A DNA stretch of 63,944 bases, filler included, from Collodictyon triciliatum (lineage: Eukaryota): NCBI GenBank assembly GCA_043381765.1. It is 9 parts of 9 records of this genome, joined end to end, with 100 filler letters (N's around TTAATTAATTAA, not from the genome) between each part and the next. Parts side by side here need not be neighbours in the genome. Positions count along the whole stretch, not along the records: positions 18,253 to 27,274 come from JBHJMP010003196.1; positions 27,375 to 36,395 come from JBHJMP010003197.1; 7 more parts are not named here. The stretch is one strand, 5' to 3'. The position numbers were made by a program, and so were the translations under genes. Below are positions 21,841 to 31,929 of the stretch, one piece after another; within the stretch, counting starts at the first letter, position 1, and every line of letters starts with the position of its first letter. The notes beneath the pieces were generated by a model, which searched no databases, was not told the origin of the DNA, and saw only the letters and a program-made list of their open reading frames with translations.

Positions 21841-24810
21841 TTAGGCGGCGTTTGTGTCGGGCTCGTAGAGCGGATTACTCTTCATGGCCTTGCCCTGCTC
21901 AAAGTCTGCCTGGTAAAGCGGATTGCTGGAGAAGATATCGCCATCCTTGTCTGGCAGTTGGAACGAGTAGTTCTCCTTGGCCGAGACTCGCTTGAAGACC
22001 CAGAAGGCACCGGCAATCGCAGCCACGGCGCCAACAGCACCTCCTGCAACAGCCGGTGTGGCATTGGTACCCGATTCGCCTTCTGGAGTGTTCTCAGTCA
22101 GGTAAATCTTGACTCGCACGGTTGTCTCTTTGGCTCCGCCAAGCCCAGTGTTTCCACCGTCGTTGACAGTCACAGCAATGTGTGTGGTTCCGTTCACAGA
22201 GGCAGGCGGAGAGAAGACGAGCGCAGAGAGGGCTGTGTTGACACTGCTGAATCTTCCTGTAATTGTGATGGATGGAGCACCCGCGGCAAAGTTGTCTGGA
22301 CTCACACTCACACCCTCAGTGTTTGGAATGCTGACCGTGCCAATGTCTGCCCTAACTGTGGCTGTGTACGGCCTCTGGACACTGTCCACGTTGAGGTCCA
22401 GCTCGCGGATGATAATTCCTTTGACAGCAACAGCGACGCCAGCCGGAGTGGTGACGTTACTCGGCGCGGCAATGATTGGCGCATCGTTTACAGGTGCAAC
22501 ATTGATTAGGACAATGGCCTCCACAGAGGACAGGTTTTCTGAGTTCACCACCTGGAAGAAGAAGCTGTCGAAGCCGCTGCCGGACTTGTGTGCTGGCGGC
22601 TCGTACACCACGTACCACTTGCCGTCATTGCTGGCTGGCAGCTTGTATGCTTCCAACTCATTCGGCAGGCGGATTGGGGTCTCGTCGATGATGTCACCGT
22701 TTGCGTTGCCGAGATACAAGGGGCCGTTGGCAGTAGCTGCGGTAATTTGGGCTCGAAGGGAGAATCCTTCTGGGTCGCTACCTTGCAGGGTGATGAGGGC
22801 TCTTGTTCCTTCATTCATGGAGACAATCGACGGGATGCTTACACTAGTGGGCGGGTAGATAACATTTGTGACCACGAGTTTGACCTCCTGCTCGTTTGAC
22901 AGGGATTTGGAGTCATTCAGGCGGAATGAGAAGCTGAACGACCCTTCTCCCTTTAAGGCATCTGGGATGTAAACAACGCGCCAGGCGTCCGTCAAGTCAA
23001 TCTTGTCCCCGGCGCTCACGACTCGGCCAATCGAAACGCCGTTTGTTGTCTGTCGAAGGATTCCCGTGGCAGGCAGTGACATGATGTAGGCGGTGAGAGC
23101 GTCTCCGTCCTCGTCAAGTCCACCAAGAGTAATTACCACATTTTGGTTCTTGAATTGTATTTTTGAGCAAAATATCAGTGATTTTGTTTTGTATTCTATT
23201 TTGAGTTTATACTCGAAAAATTAAAAGAAATGTGCTTTTGACGGGGAGTTAAAATGGGATTGCAATATTTATGGACCACATATATGGATATTCACGCCCA
23301 CTATATACGCATAGGACGAAGAAGAAAAGTTACCTCGGCCAAGGTGTAGTACTCAGAGTTGACAAAGGCTAATGGCGGAGTATTAAAGAAACCAGTGATA
23401 ACAATATTCACAGAGTAATTTCCATACTCGTGGAATCCGTTGAATGCTGCATACTTGAAGCTGGTGTCAATTTGGGTGGGCTCAGGCGAGTGATATTCGA
23501 TGCTCGAGTTGGTGAATCCTTCAATATGATATGGAAGCTGAGACTTGTCAATTGTCTTTCCGTCTGACCTCAAAGAGCCTTTTGCTGGTAGAATCATGAT
23601 TATTATAACGAGTTCTTCGCTGTGAATATCAGAAACTCGAGATGTAAAGTCGATGACCAAGGATTCAACAAGATTTCCAGAAACCTTGAAGTCTGAGGCT
23701 GTTGGTGGAAAATTGACCTTCAACACGTTAAAGTCGACTGTGAGCAGGTTCTCTGATGACTTGCCTCCGTCTCCCAAGGAAAACTCCACCTTGTCGTAAG
23801 ACTGGCCATACGACACAGAGTAGACACTGAACTCTGGCGTGTATGTAAAAGTCCAGACAGAGTCGCCTTTGGTCCCAGATTTCACTACTTCGCTCATTGT
23901 TCCACGGGATGGTGTCGTTATGAGTGAGATAGTCAAATCATCGCCATCAGCATCGGTAAATCTTCCTGCTTGGGCAATCCTCACTGTCACGGTGGAGTTC
24001 TCGTTCACATACACGGACTCAGATGGGATGAGAATCTGTGAAATTATATTAAAAGTGTTACTATTATGATAAGTAATCATGAATCTTAACTTACATCAAT
24101 CCATTTTTTTATAAAAAAAAAGCGAAATGAATTGTGTAGAAAATAAAAAAAACCTCAGGCGCGTGGTTGATGTCAATGACATGGATAGGAACAGTGAAGA
24201 CTTCAGTTTCAGCAGTTCCATCAGTTACATAATAGCTGAAGGAGCCTGCATCGCCGCTGATATAATCAATAGGCTTGAATGTGACGTTTGCTCCAGGAGC
24301 AAGGAGTAGATTCATGTCTGTGAAAGGCTCCCCGTTGATTATTACGGACCCGAACGATGAATCAGGCAGAGAGGTGATGCGAATTGACAGCGTATCTCCT
24401 CTGTCATAATCAATAGCATCAAGTCTTACCAGCGAGTTGGGGACAGGAAGGGATATAATATCATCTATGCCGTGTGGTATCTCAAACACATAGATGTTAG
24501 AGACTGGAACAGGGATAGGCGAATGGTTGACGTGATTGGCGAAGATAGATAGGGTCTGCTCATTCGATCGAAGCTGTCCGTCATTCACATAGTATCGGAA
24601 TGTTGTCAACGGCTTGCCGTCATTCAGCAGCGGTGGTGTATATCGGATGGTGGTCGCGCCATTCATCATCACAAGAGGTGTGCTTGTTGTGACTGCTGCC
24701 CCGCCATATGTGAGGGTGCCGATGGAAGGCAGCTGAGAAATGTATGCAGTGATGGCGTCTTGGTTGTCATCCTGGCCTCTCAACTCAATATAGACAAAGC
24801 TGCATATCAC
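21841..24810 (-). CDS. Sib/integrin-beta-like single-pass adhesin: tandem Ig/cadherin-like repeats, Gly-rich TM, cytoplasmic tail with two NPLY motifs (intact 3' part, 3 exons)
   Basis: In-frame GT-AG introns at 24153-24036 and 23333-23149; ~100-aa repeats of the form N-x-(A/P)P...L.G.D.DGD.L...P..G.L...Y.P...F.Y.V.DG; TM AVAGGAVGAVAAIAGAFWVF followed by KR; tail SSNPLYQ...KSNPLYEPDTNAA*. Confidence 0.8.
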
Positions 24811-25840
24811 ATTCTGGTTTGGATGCGGTTATTGCTACTGGAGCGTAGTTGACGCGGTTGATGGTAAGGCTGAGAGTCAGTGGGCTTGAGGTGGCATGGG
24901 AAGAGTCTCTGGTGACAACAACGATGCTTGCGACTGTACCGAATGTAAGAGCGGTAATATGACAGTGATAAGCCATGTGTTAGAGCCTGCGGGTGTTCTA
25001 AGGAGTGGGCTGTTGGTGGCCAGTGCGATATCACCGTTTGTGGCGGTGACTCCAGGCATAGCTGTGATACTGGTCACAGTAGCATTAATGGGGTTTGAAT
25101 CTGGGTCTACACCACTGACGGTGAATATCACAGTCTGTGCGGTTTGGGAGGATTGGATGGTTACGGTTGGGTTTGTTGCACTGACAAAGGGAGCAAAGTT
25201 TCTGTCAGCCACATTAACATTGACTGTAACAGTCGAGCTCTTGCCGCTGTTTTTGGCTCATTATCTTCTATAAATCTCTACTTGCCCCAAGAGACACAAG
25301 CGTAGATGGTGGAATGAGCACAATATAGACGATGCGGGTAGTTGTGTCACCAGAGCTGTCAGTGGCAATCACTTGACCGTTTTCGAGGGCTGCTCCGGTG
25401 GGTGCTCCTTGGTCGTTAGCGATGTATAGCTTCCCGTTCGTGGGTATGCTGGCGATGGAGACGGTAACTGGCAGTCCATCTCTTTCATTTGAGCTTACTG
25501 TTGTCAAGCACTACTGTTACTCCTGGATTGAGATGATTGAAAGATTTGATCTGATAGCGGGCTCGCGTGCAACGTATGTCACGTCAATAGGCACCGAGAC
25601 GATGGCAGCAGCGAGTCCGTTGCTATCAATCACAGTGTATTGGAACGTATCTAGGCGGTCTCCATAGTCCATGTTGCTATCAAGGAACGGTGGAGTGTAG
25701 ACTACGGTTATGTCAGTGAGGACCGGGACAGGCGCTGTTTCGTGTCCGTTGGATATTGAGCTTTTGCCTATGGATAGTGTCCCAATAAACTCGCTTGGGA
25801 TTGTAAATCGGGCTCTGACTCTATCGTTGAATTCAGGGTC
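24811..25840 (-). pseudogene. Disrupted 5' continuation of the adhesin (further Ig-like repeats with frameshifts and stops)
   Basis: Same repeat motifs (VVYTPP...DTFQYTVIDSNG, SIPTNGKLY, RNFAP, GVDPDSNP, VNYAP) in shifting frames; stops at 25511, 25517 and 25268; frameshifts near 25260, 24958 and 24800. Confidence 0.6.
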
Positions 25841-26204
25841 TGAAAGTATGATATTTTTTATTTCAAATGATTGAAAGATAAAAAGCCGAGGAAACTGCCA
25901 TTGTAATTAGGATAAATAATGAGCTTAGAGCGAGAAAATGGTATATCCGGATTTTGTGTTTGGAATTTTTTTTAGTTTAGAAAACTTTATGTATCGAATT
26001 AAATTTTGAATGATGAAGTATCATAGACTGAAAGATGGTTTATTAGGATATGTTTTTGAATGAATTGCTCGGAAGAAACCAAAATGTTGTAATCTTGCTT
26101 TATTATTCTTTCTGTGGCTATTTGTAGCTCCTCTTACAACATAATCACACTCTCATTCTCATTTTCTGAAGGGCAAAAATGTTATATGATGCTTATTTCA
26201 GCAT

Positions 26205-26216
26205 GAGAGAGAGAGT

Positions 26217-26309
<93 letters not shown>
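26205..26309. repeat. (GAGAGT)n microsatellite
   Basis: Direct inspection. Confidence 0.97.
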
Positions 26310-26414
26310 GATGGATATGCGTGTGGGAGAGAAAACCCAAAAAAAATCATTCAGGGGCTGTATTAAGAATAGTATCATTTTCTTAATGCATCAATGACTC
26401 AATACAGAGAAGCG

Positions 26415-27274
26415 CTAATAGTTAAATGAGTAAACAACACCCTTTCTACTACCTCTTGATGTATCGAGCGGGGCTGAAGTCAAAACTGTTCGATTATGGA
26501 CGGCCACATCAAACCCAAAGCCATCAGAGTTATCAATTTGTTGGTTGGCGAATTGCATTATCTCCATCCAGCGGTTTTCTTGCACCTCGAATATATACAA
26601 CTTTCCTATATATTCATAAATGAGTTAAACATTGATTCTTTCAATCTATAATGTGCATGAATAATACTTTACTTTTTGTATCGCAGATAGTTTCTCCATC
26701 GCAAGGGTTTGTCCCCACGACCATCTTTGTTCCATCAGAATTAAAGCTGAAACCGAAGCGTTCGTCTTGCATACTTTTAACTGGTCTGACTGTATATTTC
26801 AAGGATAGAAGCCCTGGTGTTTTCAGAGTATATATGCTAATAGAACCCGATTTTGGAGATATATGGTCATCATTCACTGCAGATATGAAAAGATCGTTGT
26901 TCACGAATTTTATTTTCCAACCAAACCCGCTTTTTGTTAGATCCGAAACCGTGTGACTTAAAAACCATACATCATTCTCTCGATTAAAAATGCTTACGAC
27001 TTCGAATTTTTTATCTGTTGGCCTATTTGCTATAGCGATATGATTATCACTGTTAAGTGATATGGCTGAGCCGAAGAACTCATTCTCAACTTTTGAGTAT
27101 GAATTAATTATCTTGGGACGTGAGTCACATTTACCGTCATCACGAACCTGGAATATGTATACTCTGCCTGCATTTGATAGCTGAGATATTTGATAGTTTG
27201 GCGACCCGACTGCGATGTATGTTCCTGAGAGACTAACAGATTTAGAAAAACTAGAATCCTTCCTATTAAACCCA
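26415..27274 (-). CDS. FG-GAP repeat (integrin-alpha-type beta-propeller) protein, 5' truncated, 2 exons visible
   Basis: FSKSVSLSGTYIAVGSP...AGRVYIF; FFGSAISL; GFGWKIKF...LFISA...SGSISIY; RFGFSF...MVVG; GFGFDVAV...VLTSAP...GVVYSFNY*. Confidence 0.8.
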
Positions 27275-27374
27275 NNNNNNNNNNNNNNNNNNNNNNNNNN
27301 NNNNNNNNNNNNNNNNNNTTAATTAATTAANNNNNNNNNNNNNNNNNNNNNNNNNNNNNNNNNNNNNNNNNNNN

Positions 27375-27376
27375 TT

Positions 27377-27470
<94 letters not shown>
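27375..27470. repeat. (TTTC)n microsatellite
   Basis: Direct inspection. Confidence 0.97.
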
Positions 27471-27471
<1 letters not shown>

Positions 27472-27686
27472 CGCCATTTAATGCAGCACTGCTTATTCAC
27501 ATTACGCATTCTATTCCCCTGAATTCGCAACCGCAGCGCTCTCGATCAAGGCTTAAGCTCTGTGACTTGTCATGTGTAGTCACAAAACAAGTTAACACTA
27601 GGCAAAACACTAGCATAAAAACCAATTCACTCATTCACATATCCTCTAGAACCCATCCAAACAACCCCCGTTCCACTTCCGTCGCA

Positions 27687-29414
27687 ATGGCCGATGATTC
27701 TGAGTCTTTAGAAGAGCTCCAAAAAATCACCTGGAATACCGACATCGCCTCCTTAAAAAGCTCCACGAGTTTGCGCATTCACGACCGGAATCTGAAATCT
27801 GTTCCGCGTGGTGTTTTTTTATTAACTGGTCTGAGAGAATTGGGCCTCTCTGGCAATAAGCTGTCATCGCTGTCTCCACAAATATCACGTTCGACTCGTC
27901 TCATAAATCATGGTGTTAATGGAAATCAGCTGCCATCCCTGTCTGCACAAATATCGCATTTGTGTGGCCTATTAGGTCTTGATGTCAGTAGCAACCAGCT
28001 GTTATCTTTGTCCGCACAAATATCACATTTATCTGGCCTCTTAGGTCTTGATCTTGGTAGAAATCATTCGTCATCTCTGTCTGCACAAATATCACGTTTG
28101 TCCGGCCTCATAAATCAAGGTTTTCAAAGCAATCAGTTGTTATCTACGCCTACACACATATCGCCTTTGTTTGGTCAATTAGATATGAGCGTTGGTAGCA
28201 ATCAGTTTGCATCTCTGTCCGCACAAATATCGCACTTGTCTGGCCTCTTAGGTCTTGATCTTGGTAGAAATCATTCGTCATCTCTGTCTGCACAAATATC
28301 ACGTTTGTCCGGCCTCATAAATCATGGTATTCATAGCAATCAACTGTCATCGCTGTCTCCACAAATATCATGTTTGTCTGGACTCACACGTCTTGATGTT
28401 AGTAGCAATCAGCTGTCATCACTACCTCCAGAAATATCATGTTTGACTGGTCTTTTACATATTGAGGTTCACAGCAATGAGCTGTCATCACTACCTCCAG
28501 AAATATCGTGTTTTAGTGGTCTAACATATCTTAGCTTATACAAGAATCAGCTGTCATCCCTGCCAAAAGAAATATCATGTTTGACTGGTCTTTTACATAT
28601 TGAAGTTCAAAGCAATAAACTGTCATCACTACCTCCAGAAATATCGTGTTTTAGTGGTCTAACATATCTTAGCTTATACAAGAATCAGCTGTCATCCCTG
28701 CCAAAAGAAATATCATTTTTGTCTGGTTTCACTGTTTTTGATTTAAGTAGGAATCAGTTGTCATCGTTGCCTCCAGAATTATCTTGTTTGACTGGTCTCA
28801 CACGTCTCGATCTTCATAAAAATAAACTTTTATCGCTGCCTCCAGAAATATCGTGTTTGACTGGTATCACATACCTAAGCTTATACAGCAATCAGTTGTT
28901 GTCGCTGCCTCCAGAAACATCGTGTTTGACTGATATCACATACCTAAGCTTATACAGCAATCAGTTGCTGTCGCTGCCTCCAGAAACATCTTGTTTGACT
29001 GGTCTCATAAGGTTTGGTCTTGGTGGCAATCGATTGTCATCTCTGCCTCCAGAAATATCGCGTTTGACTAGACTTTTACATATTGAGGTTCAAGGCAATC
29101 AGCTGTCATCACTGCCTCCACAAATATCATGTTTGACTGGCCTCACATGTCTTGAAGTTGGTTACAATCAACTGTCGTTCTTGCCTCCAGAAATGTCATG
29201 TTTGACTGGCCTCACACGTATTGATGTTCAAAGCAATAAACTGTCATTTCTTCCAGCACAAATATCATGTTTGACAGGCCTTAGACGTCTTGAAGTTAGT
29301 AACAATGAGCTGTCCTCACTGCCTGTGCAAGTATCCTGTTTGACCGGCCTCACACGTATCGATGTTTATAATAATAAGTTGGTCTCGCTTTCTTTGGAAA
29401 TGCCGTGTGTTTGA
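27687..29414 (+). CDS. Intronless leucine-rich repeat protein (~23-24 LRRs of 23 aa), ending in a frameshift; possibly a pseudogene
   Basis: Repeated LxxLxLxxNQLSSLPPEISCLTG; 69-nt DNA periodicity; first ATG at 27687. Confidence 0.9.
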   Translation: MADDSESLEELQKITWNTDIASLKSSTSLRIHDRNLKSVPRGVFLLTGLRELGLSGNKLSSLSPQISRSTRLINHGVNGNQLPSLSAQISHLCGLLGLDVSSNQLLSLSAQISHLSGLLGLDLGRNHSSSLSAQISRLSGLINQGFQSNQLLSTPTHISPLFGQLDMSVGSNQFASLSAQISHLSGLLGLDLGRNHSSSLSAQISRLSGLINHGIHSNQLSSLSPQISCLSGLTRLDVSSNQLSSLPPEISCLTGLLHIEVHSNELSSLPPEISCFSGLTYLSLYKNQLSSLPKEISCLTGLLHIEVQSNKLSSLPPEISCFSGLTYLSLYKNQLSSLPKEISFLSGFTVFDLSRNQLSSLPPELSCLTGLTRLDLHKNKLLSLPPEISCLTGITYLSLYSNQLLSLPPETSCLTDITYLSLYSNQLLSLPPETSCLTGLIRFGLGGNRLSSLPPEISRLTRLLHIEVQGNQLSSLPPQISCLTGLTCLEVGYNQLSFLPPEMSCLTGLTRIDVQSNKLSFLPAQISCLTGLRRLEVSNNELSSLPVQVSCLTGLTRIDVYNNKLVSLSLEMPCV

Positions 29415-30430
29415 CTGGTATAATAGGGCTATAAGTCTGCAATAACCTGGTATGTTTCTCATTTCCATACACATAAAGAAACAAAGTAAAAGAATTTGGT
29501 CACACTTTAATCCTCCGAATTATGATGCCATATCTCAGCCAAATAGTTATTTTGAACAGAATCGATCCTATATTCATCTCGATTTAAATGAACAAGGTAG
29601 TCCGACAGGTTATGAAAAGAAAAAAAGAAAGGAACTACGGCAACCAAAGAGCAGAATCAAATAAGAATAAGTGCAGCTGACCGTTGAAGGTTTTCATAAT
29701 CTATGTGGCCGAGAAAGAAAGATAAAAAGAAAAGAACGAAGTATGGGCGATGACTGAACACCAAAGTTTTGTGGATTAACTACAAACGCTTTGTTTAACG
29801 AGAAAAAAAAGAGTTCTATCAATCGAATAAAGGAAAAAACCGAGAAACAAGATTTTGATGAAAAAATAGTGGGAGTATCAACCATGGGGAATGACATATT
29901 GTGGAAATTGTGATTTTTTGTTGGGTTGACTTGAAAAATGGTTATAAAAAATGTTAGCTCTAGAAAAATTACAGATTTACTTGTTAATAACGCATTCATA
30001 CGAAACGCCAGTAGAAGTCGTCTCACTGATATGAATTGCTTAGGGTGAATTAATTTGCATCGGTGCTTGCTCAATTTTTCTTCAATTTTTCTTTTGAGCC
30101 TTTTTTTGTGTTATAACTTACTGTGCTGATAAGAAGCCTCATTTTTTTTATCTCTTGGTCGGCGATGGACAACCTTAGGCTTCTTAAAATCTCATAACGA
30201 AAAAATCTACCTAACTTTCATTGAAATTTGACTTGTAATTTTAGAATCATAATAATAATAATGAGGTTGTCATGTCTTTGATTAAGGTATGAGAAGAATT
30301 TAAAGGAACATAACAATCAATCAAGTAAATTCTCATATGCTGATATAAACGGCGCATTATACTTGATAAGGATTTTTTTATTCTTCCTTTCAATTTTGCG
30401 CAGGATGGTGGAGATGCTGGCTTTGGTTCG

Positions 30431-30900
30431 CTAGCCATCGTTTGCATGGATGCTACTTGGCGACCGGGTGGCGTAGAAGTAGTCGGTAATCAGGAATTGC
30501 ACCCCGCGGTTTGGCCTGTAGCCTGGGTCTTGTGCTTGCATGAGAGATACAAGGCGAAGTTGAATCTCTTTCTCAGCCTCTTTCCATATGTATCTTCTCA
30601 CGGGGTCTGAGTAGTAGAGAACGTGCAGGTGGCGAAGGAAGGCTGTTGAGGAAAGAAATTTGTATGATGTCATCCAGCCTATTGTCAGGAATGGGTGGCT
30701 GGTTGTTGAGTCTTGCTTTGCGTGAGTATATGCGTACTATCCTCATAGTCCATAGCAAATGGCCTCGCGTCACTGCCCAGAATGTTTTTTCATATGGACG
30801 CAGCTGCTGCAGAGGCCCAAATATCGCCTGCATTGGGCCAACAACTGCAGCCGTCTTGAGTGTCAGTCGAAGAATCACACCGGCTGTTTCATTATAGTTG
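30431..30900 (-). mobile_element. Possible decayed 3' fragment of a non-LTR retrotransposon ORF2
   Basis: GC-richer island with two overlapping frameshifted ORFs; AIFG...FWAVTRGHLLWTMRIVR resembles the W-rich LINE ORF2 C-terminal motif; no RT domain visible. Confidence 0.3.
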
Positions 30901-31929
30901 ATAAGGATAAATCATGGAAGCGAAGAAATCGGGATATATTGTCGAAGCGAGTTAATTCCAAAAGAAAAAACAGTCGAGGAGAGAAAGTTCTAGAGTACAA
31001 AGCAAATAGAAATAGAATGCTATTTTGACCTTGGATGTTGAATATTCAAATGACCAACCGCTTAAAGTGAGAGAAATAGCACGTTTACGAGACGAAGTTG
31101 AAGCTCCAAACATATTTTCTCCGATTAAATCATCTTATAGTTACCCAGAAGGTAGAGAGCACCAACTCATTGGATTTTATTAGGAAATAGAATTGCACAG
31201 GATATCTTTTTGCAGGAGACCTTATACCGAAGTCTTGTAGCATATTCAACAAGACCATCAAATATTAGGAAAAACTTTGTGAAGCCATACTTTTATGACA
31301 TTAAAGTGTTTTTCAGCGGGGCATGTTGAGTACATGAAAAAACACGTGAATTTATATTCTATATATGTTTTTTTATCATTTGAGCGACTACACTAAGCAC
31401 TAAAAGGTGCAATTCAAATGTATGTCTAACCATGCATCTATAAACGAAATGACGGATCTAACAACGAGCATCTATCAAACACATGAATAAAGTATGCGTG
31501 AACAATGTTGAGATATTTTATAATTTCTGTCAAATTGCGAAGAGAAAATACCGGTACACAAATTATATGAATCTATTTTTCAGTTTATTAAGTGTTAGCT
31601 GATTTAAGAATCTAGAAAACCAATTAGGACAGCAAGGATAATTATATTCGTTTCGTGAATGGGGTTTTAACCAAGGGACATTAACACTTAATAACAAAGA
31701 GAGGAATGTTCATCAGTTACCTGGTATCTTAAAGTTTTTTCTGTAAATGCATACGAAGTAAAAATTAGTGTACGTGGTAACTTAAGTCAACGATATTATC
31801 ATGACGACGTCGTTTCAGAAAATATCAAAATTACTGGAATTTAACATAATTCAATTTTTTTTAGGAATTAGGTACTAGTTTCAAAAATAATCCCCACTTG
31901 CAATATAAAACCGTAAATCTGCCAGCTAT

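Noticed and set aside
25505-25525. Stop-codon reassignment to explain in-frame TAA/TAG in the adhesin
   Set aside because: Conserved genes terminate normally with TAA (PP1), TAG (mL54) and TGA (R3H-SUZ), and neighbouring lesions are frameshifts
27850-29400. CRISPR-like regularly spaced repeats
   Set aside because: The 69-nt period is the coding LRR unit; eukaryotic context; no cas genes
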